Shown: piece after piece, positions 11,043-20,316 of the stretch
Numbering within the stretch: position 1 is the stretch's first letter
Layout: each line of letters opens with the position of its first letter
Assembly: GCA_963813715.1 (NCBI GenBank)
Contig: CAWFAK010000005.1
Location: forward strand, 1,088,001-1,152,000
Direction of reading: 5' to 3'
From: an uncultured Planctomycetaceae bacterium
Lineage (GTDB): Bacteria; Planctomycetota; Planctomycetia; Planctomycetales; Planctomycetaceae
Length of the DNA stretch: 64,000 bases
Position numbers and translations under genes: made by a program
Notes under the pieces: generated by a model
Database searches by the model: none
What the model saw: only the letters and a program-made list of their open reading frames with translations
Told to the model about the DNA's origin: nothing

Positions 11043-11762
11043 GTGCCTTGTGCCACCGGTCCGCACATCTCGGCCGTCGCCGTCGAAAAGGCGTACCGCA
11101 AGGGCCAGCATAAAGTCTCGGTTCTGCGGGGCGTGAACATCAACGTGCGGCGGGGCGAGTTCCTGTCGATCATCGGGCAGTCGGGCTCGGGCAAGAGCAC
11201 GCTCTTGCATCTGCTCGGGCTGCTCGACTGTCCGGACATCGGCGAGGTGCTGCTGGAAGGCCAGCGGATGGACGACCTGCCCGTGCGGACGCGCGACCAG
11301 CTGCGGAATCGGGTCTTCGGCTTCATCTTCCAGTTCTATCACCTGCTGCCGGAGTTGAGCCTGCTGGAAAACGTGCTCGCTCCGCTGATGATCCGCTACT
11401 CGGCGTGGGAATTCTGGAAGCGCCGCCGCGAGTTTCGCGATCGGGCCTCCGAGATCATCCACCTGGTCGGCCTGGAGCATCGCTTGAAGCACAAGCCGTC
11501 GGAACTCTCGGGCGGCGAGATGCAGCGGGCGGCCATCGCCCGGGCGCTGGTGGCCCGGCCGGAAATCCTGCTGGCCGACGAGCCGACCGGCAACCTCGAC
11601 TCGCGCACGGGCCAGGAGATCACCGAGCTGTTGGCCCGGCTCAACGAGCTGGAGCAGCTGACGATCTTGATGGTCACCCACGACGATGCCATCGCCCAGC
11701 AGGCCCATCGCATCGTCCGTCTGAAAGAGGGCCAGATCGAAGCCGTCGCCGCGGCGGCGTAG
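11043..11762 (+). CDS. lolD: LolD-like ABC ATP-binding protein
   Basis: GQSGSGKST, FIFQFYHLL, LSGGEMQR, LADEPTGNLD; follows the lolC/E-like gene. Confidence 0.88.
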   Translation: MPCATGPHISAVAVEKAYRKGQHKVSVLRGVNINVRRGEFLSIIGQSGSGKSTLLHLLGLLDCPDIGEVLLEGQRMDDLPVRTRDQLRNRVFGFIFQFYHLLPELSLLENVLAPLMIRYSAWEFWKRRREFRDRASEIIHLVGLEHRLKHKPSELSGGEMQRAAIARALVARPEILLADEPTGNLDSRTGQEITELLARLNELEQLTILMVTHDDAIAQQAHRIVRLKEGQIEAVAAAA

Positions 11763-11804
11763 GCCAGACTTCGCCGTGTTCGAGGTCGCGGTCGCGACGA
11801 CCAG

Positions 11805-12453
11805 TTATGGTGCGATGTCGCTCGGGGCGGGCGGGCCTTCGTCGTGCGAGGAGGGCTGGTCTTGCGGGGCGCTCGCGTCTCGCTTGCGAAAGACGTAAAT
11901 CTCCATCGTGGAGATGGCGTAGCTTCTCTCGGGCGTCCACACGTCGGGCAATCGCAGTTCCGTCTCTTCCGGCGCCCGAAAATAGAGCAAAGCTCCCGGC
12001 TCGGTGACCGTGTCTCGCGCCAGCCGCACCAGCGCCAGATACATCGGCTTCTCGGGCGTCAGCTCAACGGCCAGGCGATAAGGCGGATCGAAGAAGACGG
12101 CGTCGAAGGGCAGGAACGGATCGACGCCTTTCGGATGATATGACGACCGCAGCGCGTCGGTCCGCCAGCAGAGAGTGCGATCTTCGACGCCCAGCGTGGC
12201 GACGTTTTGCGCGCAATAACTCGTGCGCCCGCCGGTCGGACTCGATGAACACGACGCTCTTCGCGCCGCGACTGAGCGCCTCGAGTCCCAGCGAGCCCGT
12301 GCCGGCAAAGATGTCGGCCACTTTCCGGTCGACCAGGTCTTCGCCGATTCGCTCAAACAGTGTCTCTTTGACGCGGTCGGTGATCGGACGCGTCGTCAGG
12401 CCCGGGCTGGCCAGCAGTTTACGACGACGAAATTCTCCGGCAATGATGCGCAC
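11805..12453 (-). CDS. rsmD: 16S rRNA m2G966 methyltransferase RsmD, frameshifted
   Basis: RIIAGEFRRRKL, TRPITDRVKE, DIFAGTGSLGLEALSRGA and FFDPPY. Confidence 0.9.
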
Positions 12454-12473
12454 GGCGTCTCACTCGGCAGCGG

Positions 12474-13028
12474 TCATCCCTGCTCGCGCTGGGCCTTCAC
12501 CTTTTCCCAATGGCGGCGGATGATGTCGGCCGCTTCATCGGCCACGGAGCGGAACTGGCGCGGCGACGACTCGCGGTGCGGCGCCGGCGGCGGCACGGGC
12601 GTATCGAGCGCCGCGGGCCGCGGAATGATCGTGGTGTCACCGGGGGCCGATTCACCGCTGTCGCTGCTGCCGCTGATTCCCTCCTGCGAAAGCCACTCGG
12701 CAATCTCGTTGTCGGAGGCGCGGAGGTTGGTCGCGGGCGGCCCGGGAACCTGCAGCATGATCGGACCGATGCGAAGGATGTCGCCCGGCTTCAGCAGAGT
12801 TTCGTCTTCCATCAGGGATTCGTTGAGAAACGTCCCGTTACGGCTATCCAGATCGCGGGCGAGGATCCCCTCGGGTGTCGGCTTGAGGACGCAGTGATGG
12901 CGGCTCACTTCGCTGGAGGCGAGCCGAATCTGGCAGGTCTCGTCGCGGCCGATCAGCACCTCGCCTTCGTCGGGCAGGCGCAGCCGCTTGCCCTGATGTT
13001 TTCCCGATTGCACGATCAACTCGATCAT
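12474..13028 (-). CDS. FHA-domain protein
   Basis: IGR...VSRHHC...DLDSRNGTFLN...LKPGD FHA signature. Confidence 0.9.
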   Translation of the reverse strand: MIELIVQSGKHQGKRLRLPDEGEVLIGRDETCQIRLASSEVSRHHCVLKPTPEGILARDLDSRNGTFLNESLMEDETLLKPGDILRIGPIMLQVPGPPATNLRASDNEIAEWLSQEGISGSSDSGESAPGDTTIIPRPAALDTPVPPPAPHRESSPRQFRSVADEAADIIRRHWEKVKAQREQG

Positions 13029-13139
13029 CGTCCGGTCCCTCTCCTCTGCCTGCGATCGTCGCTCCCTGACGTGGCCCGACTCGGCGATCCTTCCTCTCGC
13101 GACGGCCGTCTGGGCCGAACAAAACCGTCTCGAAACTTC

Positions 13140-13697
13140 TCACACGCGATGCGGCACCGTCACGGGTTCACCGCACTCCGGGCAGCTCAAGGTCTTGCCC
13201 CGATGGATCGGGCTGACCTTGAATCGCTTGCCGCACCGGCAGGAGAACCGGATCCTCTTCTCGTCCTTTCCCTGGTCGTTGTGCGTCTTCTCCCAATTCC
13301 GCAGCGCAATGCCCTGAATCTGGCGAAGAAGCTCCTCGGGATCGAAGGGCTTGGTCAAATAGCCGTCGCCGCCGACGCGCTCCGCCAGCACTCGCGCCTC
13401 GGGCATGTCGACGGCCGTCAGTACGAGAACCGGAACCGTCGAGTTGGCTTGCTTGAGCCGCTGGCAAACCTCGAAGCCGCTCTCGCCCGGCAGAATCAGG
13501 TCCAAGATGACAAAGTCGGGCTTGCGCATGACGAACGTAGCTTGGGCCTGCCCGCCGTCACGAGCTACGGTGACGCGGTATTTGTGCTTTTCCAGCAGCT
13601 CCTTGAGAAATGTCGCCTCGTCCTCATCATCCTCAACGACGAGGATGAAATTGGCGATGGACGCCAACGGAGTCAGCCGGGCAACTTCGTCAATCAT
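13140..13697 (-). CDS. Response regulator receiver with C-terminal Zn-ribbon
   Basis: ILVVEDD, ILDLILP, VLTA and LTKPF; C-terminal CRCG...CPECG. Confidence 0.88.
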   Translation of the reverse strand: MIDEVARLTPLASIANFILVVEDDEDEATFLKELLEKHKYRVTVARDGGQAQATFVMRKPDFVILDLILPGESGFEVCQRLKQANSTVPVLVLTAVDMPEARVLAERVGGDGYLTKPFDPEELLRQIQGIALRNWEKTHNDQGKDEKRIRFSCRCGKRFKVSPIHRGKTLSCPECGEPVTVPHRV

Positions 13698-14029
13698 GCC
13701 GTTGACCCGTTGAAACGCCCCCCAGAACGACGCTTCGAAGTAATCGCGCACCCTTATGGATAACCAAAACTCCCTGACGACGCAAATAGTTAGAGAGCCC
13801 GCAGCCCCCGGAGATCGCTTGCTTGCGGCGACCCGACTCGGCCCGAATCAAGTCGACTCGACCACCCGCGCGAGGCGACTTCCAGCATCGTGGATCGTCG
13901 ACCACAGGGTCGCCAAATTCGTGGTCAACACGCGCCCGGAGAGCGAAATCGTACGGCGGGCGCAGCAGCGCGACGGGGGGCCGATGCAAAAAAACCTGAA
14001 AAAATAGGGGAAAAGCGTGCGCGCCTTGG

Positions 14030-14058
14030 TTGACAACCGTTTTCCGCGAGAGTTTACT
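14030..14058 (+). promoter_or_regulatory. Putative sigma70 promoter of hup
   Basis: TTGACA-17 bp-TTTACT with upstream A-tracts (13988-14014). Confidence 0.6.
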
Positions 14059-14131
14059 ACGCGAAAACTTTTGTGGAGCGCTCGCAAGGGTTCGGCGTTC
14101 CGGCGACTTTCAAGAATGGCAGGAGTGCACG

Positions 14132-14455
14132 ATGGCAACGAAGAGCGGTGCAAAGCCGATGTCGAAGAGCGAGGTTCTGAACACGCTGGCGCAGGAGAGC
14201 GGGCTCTCGCGAAAGCAGGTGGCCAGCGTGCTCGACGGCCTCTCGGGCCTGATCAGCAAGAACGTGGGTAAGAAGGGCCCCGGCGTCTTCGCAGTCCCCG
14301 GACTGATGAAGATCACCGTGCAGCACAAGCCTGCCACTAAGCCGCGCAAGGGCATCAATCCGTTTACCGGTCAGGAAATGATGTTCAAGGCCAAGCCCGC
14401 GCGGAATGTCGTCCGCATTCGCCCCCTCAAGTCCCTCAAGGACATGGTGAAGTAG
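14132..14455 (+). CDS. hup: HU-family DNA-binding protein
   Basis: MSKSEV...GLSRKQV...RKGINPFTG..M.FKAKPARNVVRIRPLKSLKDMV; AGGAG RBS. Confidence 0.93.
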   Translation: MATKSGAKPMSKSEVLNTLAQESGLSRKQVASVLDGLSGLISKNVGKKGPGVFAVPGLMKITVQHKPATKPRKGINPFTGQEMMFKAKPARNVVRIRPLKSLKDMVK

Positions 14456-14479
14456 CGGCTGGCCGATTCGAATCGGCTC

Positions 14480-14890
14480 TTGTGAAAGCGCGCATCTCTC
14501 GACGCTGGAGCTCGGCGGGTACTGTCTGCACCCGGTTCTCACTGGGGTTAGACAAACCGTTGGGTGAGACAAAACCGAGTGTCGAACTGATCATTCCAGA
14601 TTCCGTCCCGTGGCGGCTGGCGAAAGGGGGAAAGTGCCTTTCGCCGCCGGTCCGCCCGTAGGGCTGGATTCGGTCGGCAAACGGCGCCAATGGGGTGCTG
14701 TGCAACGTCCATCGGCGAGCACTCTTTCCGCGCGCAAGCGGGGCAGAGATTGTCTGTGCGCCCCCGGGTCCGGGTCCCCAAGAGGGGCGTTGGTTAGAGC
14801 CTGTCTAGGTGGCGACAATCGCTTGGTTTTCGCTCGGCAGGCAGTTGCTGCGGTTGCCTCGAGCGGTCGCTCGCCGACCAGCCCGGTTTT
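14480..14890 (+). ncRNA. Candidate large structured non-coding RNA of unknown family
   Basis: Nested multibranch stems with G-U pairs that work only on the + strand and A-rich loops; no credible ORF. Confidence 0.5.
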
Positions 14891-15017
14891 TGTCGCACAA
14901 TAAGTCGCTTTGCCCTATGGGTTTAAGGGGGAGGATTCGCCCCTCGCTCGAGCAGCATCCGCCTGCTCATGGCGACGAAAGTCATTAGCCCGCAATGCAC
15001 TTCTCATTTCCGATTGC

Positions 15018-15047
15018 TTGATTTCGCCGCGCGGCGGGGCATACAAT
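15018..15047 (+). promoter_or_regulatory. Putative sigma70 promoter of csrA
   Basis: TTGATT-18 bp-TACAAT about 150 bp upstream of the csrA ATG. Confidence 0.55.
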
Positions 15048-15196
15048 CCCGGTACCGCGAGAGAGCGCCTGAACGTTTTGGAGCCTTGGGCTCGTGGAGG
15101 GTGCTCCCGCCGGCAGGATTGGCGGTGCGCAATCGTTTATGCGAGGAAGGGTCCTCGCGGCACGACACCGGCAACACCTGGGGAGAGCTGCGTGTC

Positions 15197-15409
15197 ATGC
15201 TGGTCCTGTCGCGCAAGAAAAACGAGAGCATCGTAATCGACGAGCACATCGTCATTACGATCGTCGAGATCCGTGGTGACAAAGTCCGCCTGGGGATCGA
15301 AGCACCGAAGGAAGTCCCGGTTCACCGCGCCGAAGTTCACGCGGCGATCCACGCGGAACAGAACTCGGGGAAGCAGGATCCTCCCAAAGTGGCGAGCACG
15401 GAAGGCTAA
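15197..15409 (+). CDS. csrA: Carbon storage regulator CsrA
   Basis: MLVLSRKKNESIVI...VRLGIEAPKEVPVHRAEV. Confidence 0.97.
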   Translation: MLVLSRKKNESIVIDEHIVITIVEIRGDKVRLGIEAPKEVPVHRAEVHAAIHAEQNSGKQDPPKVASTEG

Positions 15410-15618
15410 CCACCCGGCGTCCTCGTTTGACGGAAGTGGTTCGTCCGGATCAATTAGCGGGCTAAGCATCGAGGTGCTTGGCCCGTTTTCGTTTCCGCGT
15501 CCGGTCGCCACAAAGGAATGGTCAGCGACTGTTGGCGATTCAATCCGCGAGACGTGCCCGTTTCGGTCCCCCCCTTCCTTCCACCTAACTTTGCCAGTGC
15601 CCTTTCCCTTCGAGCCGG

Positions 15619-15646
15619 TTGACAAACAGGACTCAGCCCGTAAATT
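15619..15646 (+). promoter_or_regulatory. Promoter of tRNA-Glu
   Basis: TTGACA-16 bp-TAAATT followed by a GC-rich discriminator. Confidence 0.7.
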
Positions 15647-15661
15647 GTGGGGCGGCCACAC

Positions 15662-15736
15662 GGCCCCATCGTCTAGCCCGGTCTAGGACATCGGATTTTC
15701 GATCCGATAACGGGGGTTCAAATCCCCCTGGGGTCA
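15662..15736 (+). tRNA. tRNA-Glu (anticodon TTC), CCA not encoded
   Basis: Acceptor stem GGCCCCA/TGGGGTC, anticodon arm TCGGA-TTTTCGA-TCCGA, T arm GGGGG-TTCAAAT-CCCCC. Confidence 0.95.
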
Positions 15737-15802
15737 TTTCGCCGATTCAAGTCGGCCATTACGCGCTTGCCGCACGAGGCGCCTCACGGAGGATCGGACC
15801 GT

Positions 15803-16072
15803 ATGGACACTGCCGAATGCTGGCGCACGCTTTTCGAGAATTGGCCCGAGTCGATCCCCCGCGAAGGCATGCTGGTCACCACGTTCAACGAGCACGTCCC
15901 GTTTAATGGCTTTCTGATCTCCGGCGGCATACTCTTAGTCGAGCGCGACAAGCCCGACACCTACGGATCCCGCAAAGTGATGGTGTCCTACTCCGCGATC
16001 CTGGCGGTGAAGCTCACGTCCACGATGGAGATTGGACGGTTCCAGGTGATGGGCTTTCAAGCCCCGTTCTGA
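15803..16072 (+). CDS. Hypothetical protein (89 aa)
   Basis: GGAGG RBS; globular-looking sequence MDTAECWRTLFENWP... Confidence 0.75.
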   Translation: MDTAECWRTLFENWPESIPREGMLVTTFNEHVPFNGFLISGGILLVERDKPDTYGSRKVMVSYSAILAVKLTSTMEIGRFQVMGFQAPF

Positions 16073-16122
16073 CGTCCGGCCGACAACAGTCGCCCCCGCG
16101 CACCAAGTGCCACGCCCGCCGT

Positions 16123-17059
16123 TCAGGTGATGAAGATCCAGCGGCCAAGCGTCGCCGCCGGAACAAAGAGCGCCGCGACTGCCAGCGCCAATAGCGGGTC
16201 GCCCGTTCTTGCAGCCGACCATCGTCGCGTCGAGGAGCACGATCGCCAGGAGCAGCTGCTTGACCGCCGCTTGCACATTTCGAGGCGTCGGTTCGCGAAC
16301 TGCGGAAACGAGCCGAGTATCGATCCACGCGGTCACGAGCGCCAGTGTGGCCAAGGCCGTCCAGCGACTGGCGGACGCCGCTTCTGGCATTTCGATCGCA
16401 ATGAGGGCCAATCCCGCAATCGCCGCGTGGCAAGTCGCGGCGGCCGCAGCGAGCTGGGTCCGCGAGCTCTGAGCCGCCTCCTGCCGAGCAAACCACGTGA
16501 CGCCTGCGACGTAAGTGCCCATTGCCAGGGCAACGAAGAGTTGAGGCAGGTCCCAAATGTGCGTGCCCGCGGCGCTCGCGCCCAACATGACATTGAAGAA
16601 TCGGCATGCCCCCATGGCGATCGGGCCCATCGCGATGGGGCCGAGCGACAGGTGCTTGAGGAAGCGGTCGTAAGCCAGGATCAATCCGACGAGCACGAGC
16701 GCGATCGCCACGGACGGCAGACTCACAAGTGCGGCACAGAGCGGACCCACAATCATCAGGCCGCAGCCGAGCGTGGCTGCCGCGGGGGTGGAGATGCGGC
16801 CGGAGGGGATCGGCCGTCCCGGTCGTTCGCGGGCGTCGATGTGCCGATCGAAGAGATCGTTGAGCACCATACCCGCCAGGTAGAGGCCGCTTGACGCGAG
16901 CGCCAGCAGCACGAACTGGTCGGGCGGAGCCAGCGTTTCGTGCGTCAGCAGAAACCCAAGAAAAATATCTGCGAGCGCCGTGAAAACGGCGGGGAACCGC
17001 ATCAGTTGCAAATAGGCCCGCACGCGGTCGGCTCGGCCGGCAGGTCGTTCGTTCGCCAT
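16123..17059 (-). CDS. UbiA-family prenyltransferase (EboC-like), 3' frameshift
   Basis: NDLFDRHIDARERPGRPIPSG motif, multiple TM helices, MGACRFFNVMLG. Confidence 0.9.
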
Positions 17060-17069
17060 GCGGCCGACT

Positions 17070-18053
17070 CTAGCAGGATTCGGCGGAAACGCGATCGACC
17101 CATTCCCGCAAGAGCCTCACCTGACTCGGAGTGTCGACAGGGACATCACCCATCGGCCGCTCGAAGAAACAGGCCAGCGGCGCCAGCAGCCCCGCTTGTC
17201 CCCGTCGCTGCTCGCGCTCGCACAAGCGCGACAAGTCGAGCAACGCCCGAGCGGCCCGCAGCAGATCGCGACGCGGGCCGTCTTCGGCGGGTGCCGGACT
17301 GTTCAGCAATCCGATGGCAGCGAGGTCGGTGCGCCCGTCGCGACCCATGTGCAGCGACCCGGTCTGGAGGGCCAGCTCCTTGAGCGCCGGGATGTCGGAC
17401 CCGAACGACGGCGTGAAGTTCAGATACGAACAGCCCGATTGCAGCGCCGCCGCCGCATAGAGCACGCTCGCCGGCACCGGCGAACGATCGGCATGCTCGA
17501 GCAGTTGCAACAGTTCCTGAGCGGAGAGGCCGCGGGAGCCGGGGCTCGCGATCGGCTCGCTCGAAGCGACGTTGATCACGATGACGGCGTCGAGATGGGC
17601 CGTGGTCCGGAATTCGTCCAAGTCGACGGCAATCCGCCGCAGTGCAGTGGCCGGCCGCTCGCCGCGAGTTTTCAGCGTCGCAGCGCTTGCCAGGCTTTCG
17701 GCCTGCGGTCCGGCGTTGAGTAACGTGCCCGTGCGGACGTTGCGATCCCATGCTGCGAGTGACGGACTCACCGTGGTCAGCAGGTCGTCGGTGATGGAGC
17801 GGGCGCCCTCGAACAGGTTCCGCGCCTCGACCGCGGCGCTCGTTTTGCGAATCTCGTGTCCGCCGACCACGAAGCTCGTCCAGTCCGCCAGGGCGAGCGG
17901 AGCGAATTCCGGCTGCTCGGTGACAAGTCCGTCGGTGACAAATCGGTCGGGCGCGGTTGCTCGGCTCTGCAGGCCGGCCAAGACGACGGCGAGCGCCGTG
18001 CCGACGCGACCCCAGGCTCCGATCAGCCAAATCCCAATGTTGCGGCCGCTCAC
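17070..18053 (-). CDS. Myo-inositol-1-phosphate synthase-like protein lacking the catalytic domain
   Basis: IGAWGRVG, VGGHEIR, NVASSE, NFTPS and GRDGRT, joined almost directly to C-terminal LLDLSRL...FFERPMG; GTG start overlaps the upstream TGA. Confidence 0.8.
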   Translation of the reverse strand: MSGRNIGIWLIGAWGRVGTALAVVLAGLQSRATAPDRFVTDGLVTEQPEFAPLALADWTSFVVGGHEIRKTSAAVEARNLFEGARSITDDLLTTVSPSLAAWDRNVRTGTLLNAGPQAESLASAATLKTRGERPATALRRIAVDLDEFRTTAHLDAVIVINVASSEPIASPGSRGLSAQELLQLLEHADRSPVPASVLYAAAALQSGCSYLNFTPSFGSDIPALKELALQTGSLHMGRDGRTDLAAIGLLNSPAPAEDGPRRDLLRAARALLDLSRLCEREQRRGQAGLLAPLACFFERPMGDVPVDTPSQVRLLREWVDRVSAESC

Positions 18054-19909
18054 GACTTCCCGGCTCCTTGAGCGTCGGTCGCAGTGGACTGGGTGCGCTC
18101 GCGCACCCAACGGAGCAGGGCTTCCTGGAGTTCACTGAAGGCGACGTCCGTTTCCGCCTTCAGAGCGGCCAGCGAGACGCCGGCGCAGGAAGAGCACGGG
18201 CGAAGAAATAAAACTTCACCTTAGGCTCGGTGCCCGACGGTCGGACGGCAATCGAAAACTGCCGCGAGCTGTTTGCCGAATCGAGAAACAGCAAATCGCC
18301 CCGATCCGACTGCAGCATGTCGCACACTCGTCCGCCGGGAATCGAGCGGGCTACTTGTTCGCGGTAGTCCCGCAGCGCGGTCAGACGCACTCCGGCCAAT
18401 TCCGCGGGCGGATGTTCGCGGAACTCCTTCATCAGCGAGTCGAGCCGCAATCGCCCCTGCGCCCGGCGTGCTCGAACGAACGTTGCGCCTCCGCAAAATA
18501 GCCGTGCTGCGAATATAAACGGTCGAGATCGTCCAGCAGCGTCCGGTGCTGCGACTTCAGCTCGGAGGCCAACTCCATCACGTAGAGGGCGGCAACGGCG
18601 GCGTCCTTGTCGCGGCAATAGTCGCCGGCGAGATAACCGAGCGACTCCTCCGCGCCGAAGACGAATTTGTCCGCCCCCAGCTCTTCGACGGTGCGGGCGA
18701 TGTATTTGAAACCGACGAGCAAATTGTCGACGACGCGAACGCCCGCCGCCTCGGCCACGCGCGGAACATCGGCGTCGTCACCAGCGTGGTACAGACAAAA
18801 TTGTCCGCACTCAGTTCGACCGGCAGCCCGTCGTCGCCGAAGCACATAATCCAAAAGCAGCACGCCCACTTGGTTGCCGGTGAGAGGAACGCAACGGCCG
18901 TCGCCGTCTCGCACGGCGACGCCCAGGCGATCGGCGTCGGGATCGGTTGCCAGCACGAGGTCGGCCGCACTGGCCTCCGCCTGCGCACAGGCCGGACCCA
19001 GCGCACCGGGCAGCTCGGGGTTAGGCAGCTGGTGGGGCACGTTCGGAAAGTCGCCGTCGAGCGTACGCTGCGGTTCGAAAACGTCCACGCGATTGAATCC
19101 AGCGGCGGAGAGCACCCGCGAGACCGAGCTTTCGCCGACACCATGCAGAGGCGTGAAGACGGCGTGGGCTCCGCGCGCGGTCGACAGGCTGAGGCCGGCG
19201 ACCGCGGCAACGTAGGCGCGATCGATCTCGTCACCGACGAGTACGATCGATCCCTGGGCCACGGCTGCGTCAAAATCGACCGACGGAATCTCGCCCGCCT
19301 GGGCCACGCAGTCGACGATCCCGCGGTCGTGCGGCGGCAGCACTTGCCCACCCGTCGACCAGTAGGCTTTGAACCCATTGTCGCTCGGCGGATTGTGCGA
19401 TGCGGAAATCACCACGCCGACGTCGCAGCCCAAGTGCCGGACCGCAAAGGACAGCTCCGGTGTCGCCCTCGGCTCGTCGAAGAGAAAGACCTTTAAGCCT
19501 GCCGCGGCGAGGGTCGTGGCGGTGATCTGTGCGAACTCGCGAGAGCGATGACGCGTGTCGTACGCGACAGCGGCGCGGCCTCCGTCCGTGCCCTTCAATT
19601 TGTGGAGATAGGCGGCGAGGCCAAACGCCGATTCCGCAATGGTCCGCGCGTTGATCGTGGCCGTGCCCAACGGAGCCATGCGTCCGCGACGTCCGCCCGT
19701 GCCGAACGGGATGATCTCCCAAAACAAATCATTCAACTCGGCGAACTTCTGCTGGCGGATCAGGTCCATCAGCGGGCCGCGGTAGCTCTCGAACGGCGGT
19801 CCCGTCAGCCAATGCTTGAGATTCCGCAAGGCTTCCGAAGAGAGGGCGCCGGATTCGCGGCCCCATCGACGGCCGCCAGGCAGACTGCGACGTCGGCGGG
19901 ATCGGACAT
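18050..19909 (-). CDS. Phospho-sugar mutase (PGM/PMM family), frameshifted
   Basis: FGTGGRRG, SASHNP, DPDADR, GAEESLG and RPSGTEPK motifs. Confidence 0.93.
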
Positions 19910-20095
19910 GGGCGTGGACGAGCTTGAATTCAAACGCGCAGGGCCGATGCAGCAAGGGTGCGAGGTCGCAAGAGTGCGAGGACGGAGAAGCAGGGCAAAG
20001 TGAGCGCGGGTTCGAGTTTAGCAAACTCGACGATACGCCAACGGATCGGCTCTTGAGAAAGCCTGCTGTTGGTCAGAAAAGCATGGTGGCGGAAC

Positions 20096-20131
20096 AAAAA
20101 AGACGCGCCGACTAGGGGGTCCGGCGCGTCT
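20096..20131 (-). terminator. Rho-independent terminator on the - strand
   Basis: 10-bp stem AGACGCGCCG/CGGCGCGTCT running into a U-tract on the - strand. Confidence 0.7.
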
Positions 20132-20316
20132 TCTTCAGAGGAGTCGTTTCCGTCATCCATTTCTGGACAATCAATAGTTCCTACGCCGCCCGGATGGCGA
20201 GCGCTGGGAGATTTTGGGAGTGAAAAGAGAAAATCCCATCGGTCGCATTTAACCCATTCGCCCAATACACTTACGATCTTGAACGGCCGACAGTTTTCGT
20301 CCCGGAAAGACAAGAA

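Noticed and set aside
14511..14640. RNase P RNA-like words (CGGGTA, TAGACAAA, GACAAAACC, GGGAAAGTGCC)
   Set aside because: The GAGGAAAGTCC / AACCCGGCTTA P4 pseudoknot elements are absent and the order is wrong, so it is not called rnpB
14480..14890. CsrB/RsmZ-type sponge next to csrA
   Set aside because: No array of ANGGA hairpin loops on either strand
15662..15800. tRNA-Glu as an island integration site
   Set aside because: No duplicated tRNA 3' end or integrase is seen downstream in this window
14901..20273. Loose TAAGT...ATGGGTT(T)A motif at 14901-14925 (+) and 20250-20273 (-)
   Set aside because: Only two degenerate copies of unequal length; not enough to call a binding site or a dif site
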